In this document: piece by piece, positions 48,319-59,110 of the stretch
Layout of the letters: each line of letters begins with the position of its first letter
How positions within the stretch are numbered: the stretch's first letter is position 1
Program-made: the position numbers and the translations under genes
Notes under the pieces: generated by a model
The model's input: only the letters and a program-made list of their open reading frames with translations
Database searches by the model: none
What the model was told of the DNA's origin: nothing
NCBI GenBank assembly: GCA_965221125.1
Contig: CBDCRW010000004.1
Location: 736,001 to 800,000, forward strand
Direction: 5' to 3'
Source: Alphaproteobacteria bacterium
GTDB lineage: Bacteria; Pseudomonadota; Alphaproteobacteria; UBA828
DNA: 64,000 bases

Positions 48319-50702
48319 CCGATCTCGTCGCGGACCGCTGGCTGCTCGACCGCCCGAACTCCTACATCGGCCGATCCGTTCCGCGCCCCAATGCGCCCAG
48401 GCTCACGGAAGGGCGCGGCGCCTTCGTCGACGACATCGAGACAAGCGGGCGGACGGGGCACGCGGCCTTCGTGCGCTCGCCCCACGCGCATGCGCGCATC
48501 CGGTCCATCGACGCGGAGGCGGCGAGGGCGGCATCGGGGGTGATCGCGGTCGTGGACGGGCGCGCGCTCGCGGCGATCCACGACCCCTGGGTCGGCGTGC
48601 TCACGCATCTCGAAGGCCTCAAGTCCGCGCCGCAATACGCGCTGCCGCTGGACACGGCGACGTGGCAGGGCGAGGCGGTGGTGGCCGTGGTCGCCGAGAG
48701 CCGCGCCAGGGCCGAGGACGCGGCGGAGCTGGTCGAGATCGACTGGGAGGTGCTGCCGGCCGTCACGCAGGCCGAGACCGCTTTGGACCCCGCCACGCCG
48801 GTCATCCACGAGAGCCTCGGCGACAACCTCGCCTGGCGGCGCAACGTGGATTTCGGCGATATCGAGGGGGCTTACGCGGAGGCCGACCATATCGTCGAGG
48901 AAACCTATGTCTTCGCCCGGCACACCGGGGTGTGCGTCGAGCCGCGCGCCATCCTCGCGGACTGGAACCCGGGAGAAGGGCAGCTCACCGTGTGGCACAA
49001 CAACCAGTGCCCGCACATGGTGCAGAACATCCTCGCGACCCATTTCCGCCTGGACGAGCACCGGGTCCGCGTCATCGCGCGCGATGTCGGCGGCTCGTTC
49101 GGGATCAAGGTCCACACCTATGCGGACGAGATCGCGACGGTCGGGCTCTCGCTCCTGCTCAGGCGGCCGGTCAAGTTCGTGGCGGACAGGCTGGAGAGCT
49201 TCCTGTCCGACATCCATGCGCGCGACCAGCGGGTCGTGGGGAAGGTCGCCGTGAACGACGACGGCACCATTCTCAGCTTCGAGATCGACGCGCTCAGCGG
49301 GATCGGCCCCTATTCCATGTATCCGCGCACGAGCGGCATCGAGTCGAACCAGATCGTGAACCTGACGGGCGGCCCCTACGCGTTCGACCACTACCGGGCG
49401 CAGGCGACCGTCGTCTTTCAGAACAAGAACATGATGTGCCAGTACCGCGCGGTCGGACACCCGGTCAAATGCGCGGTGACCGAGGGGCTCGTGGATGCGG
49501 CGGCGCGGGCGACCGGCCTCGATCCGGCCGAGATTCGCCGCAGAAACCTGCGCGCGGACGACTCCTATCCCTGCCGCTCGGCGCAGGGGCTCCCGTTCGA
49601 GAACCTCTCGCACCAGGAAAGCCTCGCGAAGCTCCTGGAGGCGATGGACTACGACGCGCTCAAGGAGGAGCGCGACGCCCTCCGCGCCGAGGGGGTCTAC
49701 CGCGGCATCGGGCTTGCGAGCTTCATCGAGGTGACGAACCCGTCGGCGATGTTCTACGGCGTGGGCGGCGCGCGCATATCCGCCCAGGACGGGGCGACGA
49801 TGCGGCTCGACGCCAGGGGCAACGTGTTCGTCGCGACGGGTGCGACCGAGCAGGGGCAAGGCATGGAGGCGGTGATCTCGCAGGTCGCTGCAACGGCCGT
49901 CGGCGTTCCGCCCGACCGGCTCAAGATCGTCACCGGCGACACGGAGCACACGCCCTACGGCGGCGGCACATGGGCCTCGCGCGCGGCCGGCATCGGCGGC
50001 GAGGCGGTGGCCCAGGCGGGCCGCGCGCTACGCCGGCAAATCCTGCGCGCAGCGGCGGTCATGCTCCAGGAGGAGGCGGAGAACCTGGACATCCGGGGCG
50101 GGGTCGTGGTGGACAGGGCGACCGGCGCCGAGCGCATCGGCCTCGATGAGGTCGGGCGCGTCTGCTACTACCGGCCCGACACCCTGCCGGACGGCTTCCA
50201 GTCGGAGCTGGTCGCGACCCGTCACTACGTCCCGCGCAAGTACCCCTTCGCCTTCACCAATGGCGCGCAGGCGTCGTACCTGGAGGTCGATGTCGAGACC
50301 GGCTTCATCTCGCTCCTGGATCACTGGTGCATCGAGGACTGCGGCACCGTCATCAACCCGCAGCTCGTGGACGAGCAGATCCGGGGCGGCATCGTGCAGG
50401 GGCTGGGCGGCGCGCTCTGGGAGCAGTGCGTGTACGACGGCGACGGGCAGATGCTCAACGCCACCATGGCGGACTATCTCGTGCCCATGGCGGCGGAGCT
50501 GCCCGACATGCGCTGCGGCCACGTGGTCTCGCCCACGTTCGAGTCCGATCTCGGCGCCAAGGGGGTGGGCGAGGCCGGCACCTGCGGCGCGCCGGCCGCG
50601 GTGATGAATGCGCTCAACGACGCGCTGGCACCGTTCGACACGCGGCTCACCGACATGCCGTTCACGCCCCAGAAGGTGCTGCGCGCGCTCGGCAGGATCT
50701 GA
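48315..50702 (+). CDS. Molybdopterin-binding large subunit (CoxL-like)
   Basis: VGGSFG, QYRAVG, QGQG, KGVGEAG. Confidence 0.9.
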   Translation: MTDLVADRWLLDRPNSYIGRSVPRPNAPRLTEGRGAFVDDIETSGRTGHAAFVRSPHAHARIRSIDAEAARAASGVIAVVDGRALAAIHDPWVGVLTHLEGLKSAPQYALPLDTATWQGEAVVAVVAESRARAEDAAELVEIDWEVLPAVTQAETALDPATPVIHESLGDNLAWRRNVDFGDIEGAYAEADHIVEETYVFARHTGVCVEPRAILADWNPGEGQLTVWHNNQCPHMVQNILATHFRLDEHRVRVIARDVGGSFGIKVHTYADEIATVGLSLLLRRPVKFVADRLESFLSDIHARDQRVVGKVAVNDDGTILSFEIDALSGIGPYSMYPRTSGIESNQIVNLTGGPYAFDHYRAQATVVFQNKNMMCQYRAVGHPVKCAVTEGLVDAAARATGLDPAEIRRRNLRADDSYPCRSAQGLPFENLSHQESLAKLLEAMDYDALKEERDALRAEGVYRGIGLASFIEVTNPSAMFYGVGGARISAQDGATMRLDARGNVFVATGATEQGQGMEAVISQVAATAVGVPPDRLKIVTGDTEHTPYGGGTWASRAAGIGGEAVAQAGRALRRQILRAAAVMLQEEAENLDIRGGVVVDRATGAERIGLDEVGRVCYYRPDTLPDGFQSELVATRHYVPRKYPFAFTNGAQASYLEVDVETGFISLLDHWCIEDCGTVINPQLVDEQIRGGIVQGLGGALWEQCVYDGDGQMLNATMADYLVPMAAELPDMRCGHVVSPTFESDLGAKGVGEAGTCGAPAAVMNALNDALAPFDTRLTDMPFTPQKVLRALGRI

Positions 50703-50788
50703 GCCGCGCGTCCGTCACGCCCGCAGGGTCATGCGAGCGCGGTACGGTCGGCCGGGGACGAGGCCCGATCCCTGGCAAGAATCTCGCG

Positions 50789-51673
50789 CTAACGCAGGAC
50801 GCGGCCGGCGACGGCGTCGAGGCGCTTCACCATTGCCGCATCGCGGGCCTCGGGCGCCGTGATCGCGGCGTTCTCCAGCGCGCGGTCGCAGCCAGAAGGG
50901 CAGGGGCCGCGCCGGGCCGCGAGGGCCTCCGCAAGCGCCGCCACGAGGCGGCGGGCGGCGGCCGCGTTCTCCTGCAGGGTGCGCACGATGGCGTCGACCG
51001 TGACGGCGGCGTGGTCCGGGTGCCAGCAGTCGTAGTCGGTGACCATGGCGACGGTCGCGTAGCAGATCTCCGCCTCGCGGGCGAGCTTGGCCTCCGGCAT
51101 GTTGGTCATGCCGATGACCGAGCACCCCCATTGCCGATAGACTTCCGATTCGGCGATCGTCGAGAACTGCGGCCCCTCCATCGCGAGGTAGGTGCCGCCC
51201 CTGACGATACGCTGCCCGAGGTTGTCTGCGGCCGCCAGCAGGTGGTCGCCGAGGCGCGGGCACACGGGCTCGGCCATGGAGACATGGGCGGCGAGCCCGG
51301 CGCCGAAAAAGCTCTTCTCGCGGGCGAAGGTGCGGTCGATGAACTGATCGACGAGGACGAAGTCGCCGGGCGCGATGTCTTCGCGCAGGCTGCCCACCGC
51401 GCTCAGCGAGACGATGTCCGTCACGCCCGCACGCTTGAGCGCGTCGATGTTGGCGCGGTAGTCGACCGCGCCGGGCGGCAGAGGGTGGCCGCGGCCGTGG
51501 CGCGGCAGGAACGCCATCTCGGTGCCGGCGAGGCGGCCGAGAAGCAGCGAATCGGAGGGATTGCCGAAGGGCGAGCGGACGTCGATCCGCTCGGTCTCGC
51601 TCAGCCCCTCGATCTCGTAGAGGCCGCTGCCGCCGATGACGCCGAGACGAACCGGGGCGGTCGGCTCAGTCAC
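50789..51673 (-). CDS. mtnP: S-methyl-5'-thioadenosine phosphorylase
   Basis: GVIGGSGLY, RHGRGH, EGPQFST, GMTNMPE, TDYDCW. Confidence 0.92.
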   Translation of the reverse strand: MTEPTAPVRLGVIGGSGLYEIEGLSETERIDVRSPFGNPSDSLLLGRLAGTEMAFLPRHGRGHPLPPGAVDYRANIDALKRAGVTDIVSLSAVGSLREDIAPGDFVLVDQFIDRTFAREKSFFGAGLAAHVSMAEPVCPRLGDHLLAAADNLGQRIVRGGTYLAMEGPQFSTIAESEVYRQWGCSVIGMTNMPEAKLAREAEICYATVAMVTDYDCWHPDHAAVTVDAIVRTLQENAAAARRLVAALAEALAARRGPCPSGCDRALENAAITAPEARDAAMVKRLDAVAGRVLR

Positions 51674-51682
51674 GGCCGCGCG

Positions 51683-52351
51683 CTAGCCCAGATGGCGTGC
51701 GAGGTGGGCGAGGGAACGGTCGCGGGCCAGCGCGGCGGCGTCCGCGTGGTGGTCCGCCCGGCGGTCGCAGTTGAAGCCGTGGCCCGCGCCCTGATAGACG
51801 TGGACGGTGACGTCCGGGTGGGTGGTCTTGATCTCGTCGACGTCGGCCATCGGGATGCCAGCGTCCTCGGTGCCGAAGTGGAGCATCGTCGGGCAAGTGG
51901 GAGTCTCTCCCACGAACTCGATGATCTGTCCGCCGTAGTAGCCGACGGCCGCGTCGAGCTCCAGGCGGCAGGCGGAAAGCCAGGCGAGCGAGCCGCCCCA
52001 GCAGTAGCCCACCACGCCCGTCTTCGGCGCGCCTTCGAGCGCATCGACGCCGGCCTCGATGTCCATGACCGGGCCGTCCCAGCCGATGTCGGCCTTGAGC
52101 CCGCGACCTTCGTCCACCGTCTCGGCGCTATAGCCCAGCTCGATCCCCGGCTCCTTGCGGTCGAAGAGGCATGGCGCCAGCACGAGGTAGCCTTGGGCCG
52201 CGTAGTCGTCGCACACGCTCCTGATGTGGTCGTTGACCCCAAAAATTTCCTGCACGAGCACGAGGCCCGCGCGGGGCTCGCCATCGGGCGCAGCGCGATA
52301 TGCGTTGAGAACGTGACCATCGTCCGCGGTCAGCCGGACAACTGCGCCCAT
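51683..52351 (-). CDS. Dienelactone hydrolase family protein
   Basis: QEIFGVN, GYCWGG, AGHGF. Confidence 0.92.
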   Translation of the reverse strand: MGAVVRLTADDGHVLNAYRAAPDGEPRAGLVLVQEIFGVNDHIRSVCDDYAAQGYLVLAPCLFDRKEPGIELGYSAETVDEGRGLKADIGWDGPVMDIEAGVDALEGAPKTGVVGYCWGGSLAWLSACRLELDAAVGYYGGQIIEFVGETPTCPTMLHFGTEDAGIPMADVDEIKTTHPDVTVHVYQGAGHGFNCDRRADHHADAAALARDRSLAHLARHLG

Positions 52352-52457
52352 CGTGGGTGCCTCCCTGATCCTCAGCCGTTCGGCGCCTGTCCCTGCGCCG
52401 CAACCTCACATAGCAGACAGGGCATACCAGCGCCACTCACGGCCGTGCGCCGCTCCG

Positions 52458-53561
52458 CTACACGTTGAAGCGAAACAGCATGACGTCGCCGTCGCATACG
52501 ATGTAGGAGCGCCCCTCCTGGCGCATGCGGCCCGCGCTGCGGGCGGCCTGCTCGCCGCCGAGTGCGATCAACTCGTCCGCGGCGATGGTCTCGGCACAGA
52601 TGAAGCCGCGCGCAAAATCCGTGTGGATGCGCCCGGCTGCTTCGACCGCCGTGCTGCCCGCGGGGACGGGCCAGGCGCGCGCTTCCGTCTCGGTGGCGGT
52701 GAGGAAGCGGATCAGCCCGAGGAGGCGATGGCCGGCATGGATCACACGGTCGAGGCCGGGCGCGTCGAGGCCGAGCGATTCGAGGAATTCGGCCTTCTCG
52801 GCCGGGTCCTCCAGCAATGCGATCTCCGCCTCGATCGCGGCCGAGATCACGACCACTTCGGCGCCGGCGGACGCGGCGTGAGCGGTGACGGTCCGGCTCA
52901 TGGCGTTGCCCGCCGCCGCGTTCGCCTCGTCGACGTTCGCGACGTAGAGCACCGGCTTCGCGCTGAGCAGGTTGAGGGCCGAGAATTCGCGTTCGGCCGC
53001 CTCGTAGGGTGGGTCGAGCCCGCGCGCCGGTCGGCCGTTCTCCAGCAGGGCGAGCGCGGGCTCGATGGCGGCGAGCCGCTCCTTCGCTTCGCCGTCGCCC
53101 CCGCGGGCGCGCTTGATGGCCGACTCGCGCTGACGCTCCAGGCTTTCGAGATCGGCCAGCATGAGCTCGGTCTCGATCAGCGCGATATCGCGCAGGGGAT
53201 CGACCGCGCCCGAGCCGTGCGCGACTTGCTCGTCCTCGAAGCAGCGGACCAGGTGGAGCAGGGCGTCGACCTCGCGCACGTGACCCAGAAAGCGGTTGCC
53301 GAGCCCCTCGCCCTTGCTGGCGCCTTCGACGAGGCCGGCGATGTCGACCACCTCCAGCACGCTCGGCACGATCTTGCGCGAGCCCGCGAGCCGGGCCACC
53401 GCGACGAGCGCCTCGTCCGGCACCGGCGCGCGCCCCACGTTGGGCTCGACCGTGCAGAACGGATAGTTGCCGACCTCGGCCGCGCCGCTCGCCACCAGCG
53501 CGTTGAAGAGCGTGGACTTGCCCACGTTGGGCAGGCCCACGATGCCGCAGCGGAAGCCCAT
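52458..53561 (-). CDS. ychF: Ribosome-binding ATPase YchF
   Basis: GLPNVGKST, NYPFCT, DIAGLV, IHTDF. Confidence 0.95.
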   Translation of the reverse strand: MGFRCGIVGLPNVGKSTLFNALVASGAAEVGNYPFCTVEPNVGRAPVPDEALVAVARLAGSRKIVPSVLEVVDIAGLVEGASKGEGLGNRFLGHVREVDALLHLVRCFEDEQVAHGSGAVDPLRDIALIETELMLADLESLERQRESAIKRARGGDGEAKERLAAIEPALALLENGRPARGLDPPYEAAEREFSALNLLSAKPVLYVANVDEANAAAGNAMSRTVTAHAASAGAEVVVISAAIEAEIALLEDPAEKAEFLESLGLDAPGLDRVIHAGHRLLGLIRFLTATETEARAWPVPAGSTAVEAAGRIHTDFARGFICAETIAADELIALGGEQAARSAGRMRQEGRSYIVCDGDVMLFRFNV

Positions 53562-53562
53562 T

Positions 53563-54231
53563 CTAGCGCTCTTGCGGCTGCTCGCCGCCCGCCTGCGGCC
53601 GCTTCGCTCCCGGCGGCGGCGCGAGGAGGGCGACGCGGCTCATGAAGGCGCTGGCGTCCCCGGCCATGACCAGGGGGAAGGCGTCTGCGATGGCGTCGAG
53701 AGTGGGCGCGAGCCACGCCCGGTCCGACGCGCCGAAGCTCGAGAGCACGTGGCCCGTCATCCGGTCGCGGTCGCCGGGGTGGCCGATGCCGATCCGCACG
53801 CGCCAGAAATCGGCGCCGATGTGGGAGCGGATGCTCCGCAGCCCGTTGTGGCCGGCGACGCCGCCGCCCATCTTCGCGCGTACCTTGCCGGCGGCGAGGT
53901 CGACCTCGTCATGCAGGACGATGACGGCGTCCGAGCTGAGCTTGTGAAAGCGCATGGCGGCGCCCACGGCGCGGCCCGATTCGTTCATGTAGGTCTGGGG
54001 CTTGAGCGCGAGCACCGCGTCGTCGCCCACGCGGCCTTCGGCGATCTCGCCGTGAAAGCGCGTGCGCCGCCTGAACGCGCCGAAGCCCTGCGCCGTCGCC
54101 AGCGCGTCGAGCGCCATGAACCCGACGTTGTGCCGGTGCCGGGCCGCGTCGGTTCCGGGATTGCCGAGGCCCACCAGCAGGCGGGCGGGGGCGCCCGCCC
54201 GGGTGGCGCGGGAGCGACGGAAAAAGGCCGT
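53563..54231 (-). CDS. pth: Peptidyl-tRNA hydrolase (start codon uncertain)
   Basis: LVGLGNPG, RHNVGF, KPQTYMNESG, GHNGL, RIGIG. Confidence 0.9.
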   Translation of the reverse strand, partial: TAFFRRSRATRAGAPARLLVGLGNPGTDAARHRHNVGFMALDALATAQGFGAFRRRTRFHGEIAEGRVGDDAVLALKPQTYMNESGRAVGAAMRFHKLSSDAVIVLHDEVDLAAGKVRAKMGGGVAGHNGLRSIRSHIGADFWRVRIGIGHPGDRDRMTGHVLSSFGASDRAWLAPTLDAIADAFPLVMAGDASAFMSRVALLAPPPGAKRPQAGGEQPQER

Positions 54232-54232
54232 G

Positions 54233-54916
54233 CTACGACTCCTCGCCTTCGGCGTCCGGCGCGGCCTCGCCTTCCTCGGCGCCTTCCTCGTCGCCTTCCT
54301 CCAGCTCCTCGCCCTCTTCGCCTTCCTCCTCATCGACCGGCTCGACGATGATGGTGGGCGCGGCGATGGTGGCGACGGTGAAGTCGCGGTCGGTGATGGT
54401 GGGCGTCACGCCTTCGGGCAGATCGATCTGGCTGATGTGGATGCTGTCGCCGATCTCGCTTCCGGCCACGTCCGCCACGATGAACTCGGGGATCGCCTCC
54501 AGCGGGCACAGCAGCTCGACCTCGTGGCGGACGATGTTGAGCACGCCGCCGCGCTTCAGCCCCTCGGATTCCTCCTGGCCCTCGAAGCGGACCTCGACCG
54601 AGACCGCGAGCGCCGCGCCCTTGACGTAGCGGATGAAGTCGATGTGGAGCGGCGCATCGGTGACCGGATCGACCTGCACGTCGCGGGGCAGGACGCGTAT
54701 GACGTCGCCGTTGACCTCGAGGTCGTAGAGGCGGGCGAAGAAGCCCCGGCGGGCCAGCTCGCGCTCCAGCACGTTGTAGTTGAGCGAGACGGAGAGCGGC
54801 TCGCCGCCGCCGCCATAGACGATGGCCGGCATCCGGCCCTCGCGCCTGAGCGCCCGCGCGCCCCCCTTGCCGCGCGGCTCGCGCGGCAGCGCCTCGATGG
54901 TTATCTGGTCGCTCAT
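54233..54916 (-). CDS. rplY: 50S ribosomal protein L25/Ctc
   Basis: GKGGARALRREG.MPAIVYG, HIDF, acidic tail. Confidence 0.95.
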   Translation of the reverse strand: MSDQITIEALPREPRGKGGARALRREGRMPAIVYGGGGEPLSVSLNYNVLERELARRGFFARLYDLEVNGDVIRVLPRDVQVDPVTDAPLHIDFIRYVKGAALAVSVEVRFEGQEESEGLKRGGVLNIVRHEVELLCPLEAIPEFIVADVAGSEIGDSIHISQIDLPEGVTPTITDRDFTVATIAAPTIIVEPVDEEEGEEGEELEEGDEEGAEEGEAAPDAEGEES

Positions 54917-54949
54917 GGTCGTGCTTCCCCAGTATCCGTGTTCCGCACG

Positions 54950-55882
<933 letters not shown>

Positions 55883-55988
55883 CGGTGACGGTTCCCTGGA
55901 TTTAGGACGGGGTGAAACCAGCCGGGCCGCGCTGCCGGCCCCGAAGGCGCGCGGACTGTATCAACCCGACCCTGCCCTGTAAACGGCG

Positions 55989-57161
55989 TTACTGAAGCGC
56001 GGCGGAGACCACGATCGAGACCGCGATGGGCGCCTCGGGCCGGGGCTTGCTCGGCGGCGCGGGGAGCGGCCTGAAGAGCGGCGCGGGCGCCGTGGATCTC
56101 GCTTCGACCGTGAGCGCAATCGGCGGATCGACCGGCGTCGCGATGGCCCGGAGGGGAGGCGCTTGGCTCGGTGGTTCGGTCGTCTGCCCGGTCGACCGGG
56201 GCGATGCGTCGATGGGCGGCGCCAGCGGAACCGCGGCCTGCGGCTCCGCGGGCGTCTCGCGCCGGGATGCCGATGCAAATTGCGGCGCGGGCGCGTGCTC
56301 GAGCAGTTGCGCGATTCCCGGCGCGCCTGCCCGCGCCACGATCCTGGCCAGCGCACCCCAGGCGCCGGTCAACTGCGCCGCCGAGACGCGGTTGCTCTGG
56401 GTGACGGTGCCGAGCCTCGTGCCGTCTGGCTGCAGCACGTCCCAGGCGATGGTGAGCGCCGCGTCGTCCGATGCCTCGTCGTCTCGTGCCACCGAGACCC
56501 GGCCCAGGATCAGATGCGAGTCGTCCTTGCCGTCGTCGGCGACCGCGACGCCGATGCGGGCGAGGGAATCCCGCATGGCGCGGGCCAGCGCGATACCGCC
56601 GTCGCCCGGCGCGCCGTGCACCGCTTCGAGCACCACGGGCACCGCAGGCCGCGCGCGCTCGTCCTCGGCAATCGGCGGCTCCAGGGTATCGGTGATCTGC
56701 CGTGCGGCCCGCGCGGCGATGGCGGCCAGATCGGGCGCGGTTTCGTCGATCCGCGCCGCATCGAGCGATGGGTCCTCGAAGCGAAGCGCGGTCGCGCCGT
56801 CGGGCGTGACCAGCGCCCACCTCAGCTTGCGCGTGACCGCCGAGACCTGGCCGGCCAGGACGATGCTGGCCCGTCCGCCGGCATATGTGCTCGCAGGCAC
56901 GTCGCGCACCTGAAGCGCGGCGACGACCTCGTTTGCCAGCTCGGCGGATCGGGGTTGCGGCAAGCCGGCGATGGGCAGCACCAGGATGCTCCCCCAGGCG
57001 ATGTCTCCCGGCGCCGACCAGGCTTGCAGGCTCTTCTCGGCCGGCTGGAAGGGCCGGGGCAGGTCGCCGCAGGCCGCGAGGGCCATGCACAGAAAGAGGG
57101 CCAGCGCACACGGCAACGTCATGCGCCGCCGTGCCGTCGCTGCGCCGGCCCGATCGGTCAC
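55989..57161 (-). CDS. Putative lipoprotein with Pro-rich tail
   Basis: Lipobox LAAC followed by GDLPRPF. Confidence 0.7.
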   Translation of the reverse strand: MTDRAGAATARRRMTLPCALALFLCMALAACGDLPRPFQPAEKSLQAWSAPGDIAWGSILVLPIAGLPQPRSAELANEVVAALQVRDVPASTYAGGRASIVLAGQVSAVTRKLRWALVTPDGATALRFEDPSLDAARIDETAPDLAAIAARAARQITDTLEPPIAEDERARPAVPVVLEAVHGAPGDGGIALARAMRDSLARIGVAVADDGKDDSHLILGRVSVARDDEASDDAALTIAWDVLQPDGTRLGTVTQSNRVSAAQLTGAWGALARIVARAGAPGIAQLLEHAPAPQFASASRRETPAEPQAAVPLAPPIDASPRSTGQTTEPPSQAPPLRAIATPVDPPIALTVEARSTAPAPLFRPLPAPPSKPRPEAPIAVSIVVSAALQ

Positions 57162-57238
57162 GGACCCGACGCCGTCAGAACGCAGCTCGCCACGAGGCCG
57201 ACGAACAGCAGGGCGCCGAAGATGATCACGTAGGGCAT
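57158..57238 (-). CDS. 26-aa hydrophobic small protein
   Basis: MPYVIIFGALLFVGLVASCVLTASGP*; starts 1 nt after the pgeF stop; GTGA overlap with the next gene. Confidence 0.55.
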   Translation of the reverse strand: MPYVIIFGALLFVGLVASCVLTASGP

Positions 57239-57239
57239 C

Positions 57240-58016
57240 TCAGGCGAGCGCCACGATGGAGATGTTGCGGCCGTAGTCGGGCTCGGCGCGGTGGACGCTC
57301 CGGCGATAGCTGAAGAAGCGGGTCGGCTCGGCGCAGGTATCGCCGCCGGTCATGTCCACCGCCGCAAGACCGAGCCCGCGCAGGCGGCGCGCGACATAGC
57401 CCGCGATGTCGAAGAGGAAGCGTCCGTCCCGCTCCGCCGGTGCGAACAGGTCTTCGTCCTGCGGGTTGCGGGCGAGGAAGGGGGCGGGAAACTCGGGCCC
57501 CACCTCGTAGGACGCCGTGCCGATGGCGGGGCCGATCACCGCCCGGATGTCGTTCGCCCGCGCGCCCAGGCCGAGCATGGCCGAGACCGCGGCCTCCAGG
57601 ACCCCGTTCAGCGCGCCGCGCCAGCCGGCATGGGCCGCGCCGATCACGCCGGCCTCGCGATCCGCCAGCAGCACCGGCACGCAGTCCGCCGTGAGGATGG
57701 CGAGCGCGAGACCCGGCGTCGCCGTCGCCATGGCGTCGACCCGCGGCGCCTCGTCCCGCGGCCAGGGCTCGGTCACGACGATCGCGTCGGCGCTGTGTAC
57801 CTGGTAGGCGGTGCAGAGCGCTGCGGGCAGCAGCCCGCAGGCCTTCATCGCGCGCGCACGGTTTTCCCGGACGGCCTCGGGGTCGTCGCCGGAGCCGTAG
57901 CCGCAATTGAGGGAACGGTAGAGCCCGTTGCTGACGCCGCCGACGCGGCCGAAGAAGCCGTGGCGGACGCGGCCGCTCGGATCTTCCAGGAGAGGGTGGC
58001 AGAGGGGCTCGATCAT
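57240..58016 (-). CDS. pgeF: PgeF/YfiH-family protein
   Basis: HGFFGR.GGVS, QVHS, TADCVPV, HAGWRG, FFSYRR. Confidence 0.92.
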   Translation of the reverse strand: MIEPLCHPLLEDPSGRVRHGFFGRVGGVSNGLYRSLNCGYGSGDDPEAVRENRARAMKACGLLPAALCTAYQVHSADAIVVTEPWPRDEAPRVDAMATATPGLALAILTADCVPVLLADREAGVIGAAHAGWRGALNGVLEAAVSAMLGLGARANDIRAVIGPAIGTASYEVGPEFPAPFLARNPQDEDLFAPAERDGRFLFDIAGYVARRLRGLGLAAVDMTGGDTCAEPTRFFSYRRSVHRAEPDYGRNISIVALA

Positions 58017-59110
58017 GGTGCAGCCGCTTGGCCCAGATGCTCGAAGCCGGGCGGCGCACCCAGCGCCGGGTGGGCGAACGCCAGCGCCTTGAACAGCGTG
58101 CCCATCTCGTCCGCGCCGGTCAGGCGCCGGAGCGCCGCGTCGATCGCCGCCGCCTGCTCGGCGCTCGCATTCTGCTGCAGCCGGGCCGCCCGCGCGTCGA
58201 TCCCCAACGCCCGGAGAAACGCCCCTTGCGGGACCGGGCCGAAGGCCGCGGCGCCCGCCCCCCGCGCCGCCGCCGCCAATGCGCAAAAATCCACGTGGGC
58301 GGTCAGGTCTGCGCTGCCGGGATCGTCCAGCACGCCGTGGCGGCGGTGGCGTTTCACGGCCTGGAGCGTGTCGCCGATGCCCGGCCGCGCGTGGCCGTAG
58401 TCGATGACGAGCGCCGCACCGCCGTCGGCCGCGATTCGCGCGCCGAGGGCCGCGGCAAGCGCGTCCCGCGCCGGCGCCCGCTCGACGATGGCGCCGGCCG
58501 GTGCGGCCCCGAGCCGGGCGTCGTCGGGGCATGCCGTGCCATTGACGGCGAAGTTGAGAGACTCGGAGCCCGGTGCGAGCGTGACCATGCGTTCCCGCCA
58601 CGTATCGCCCACGCGCTCGAATTGCCGGATCGGCAGGGCGTCGAAGAACTCGTTGGCGACGACCAGCACGGGGCCTGCCGGCACGGTCTCGAACCGCTCG
58701 TGCCAGGCCGGCCGCGCATCGCCCAGCGAAGCGGCCTGCTCGGCGCGCAGGGTCTCGCTCGACTCGACCAGGTGCAGGTCGATGGCAGCGCGGAAATCCG
58801 GCACGGTCTCCGCCGCGCGCAGCGCGTCCGCGAGCAGCGTGCCGCGGCCCGGCCCAAGCTCGACGAGGCGCACGGGCCGCGGCCGGCCCATGCTCTGCCA
58901 GACCGCCCCGCACCAGAGGCCGATCAGCTCGCCGAACATCTGGCTCACCTCGGGCGCGGTGATGAAGTCGCCCGCGACGCCAATGGGTCCGCCTCCGCGA
59001 TAGTAGCCATGCGTGGGGTGGTTGAGGCAGAGCTCCATGTAGGCGGCGACGCTGAGCGGCCCGTCCCGCCGGATGCGCTCCCGGATTTCCGCCGCGAGCG
59101 CCGTCATCAT
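58013..59110 (-). CDS. SAM-dependent methyltransferase, MidA/NDUFAF7 family
   Basis: GDFITAPEVSQMFGE, ELGPGRG, ANEFFDALP, DLTAHVDF. Confidence 0.92.
   Translation of the reverse strand: MMTALAAEIRERIRRDGPLSVAAYMELCLNHPTHGYYRGGGPIGVAGDFITAPEVSQMFGELIGLWCGAVWQSMGRPRPVRLVELGPGRGTLLADALRAAETVPDFRAAIDLHLVESSETLRAEQAASLGDARPAWHERFETVPAGPVLVVANEFFDALPIRQFERVGDTWRERMVTLAPGSESLNFAVNGTACPDDARLGAAPAGAIVERAPARDALAAALGARIAADGGAALVIDYGHARPGIGDTLQAVKRHRRHGVLDDPGSADLTAHVDFCALAAAARGAGAAAFGPVPQGAFLRALGIDARAARLQQNASAEQAAAIDAALRRLTGADEMGTLFKALAFAHPALGAPPGFEHLGQAAAP

Noticed and set aside
46969-50702. True aerobic CO dehydrogenase
   Set aside because: Lacks the AYxCSFR motif and cox accessory genes.
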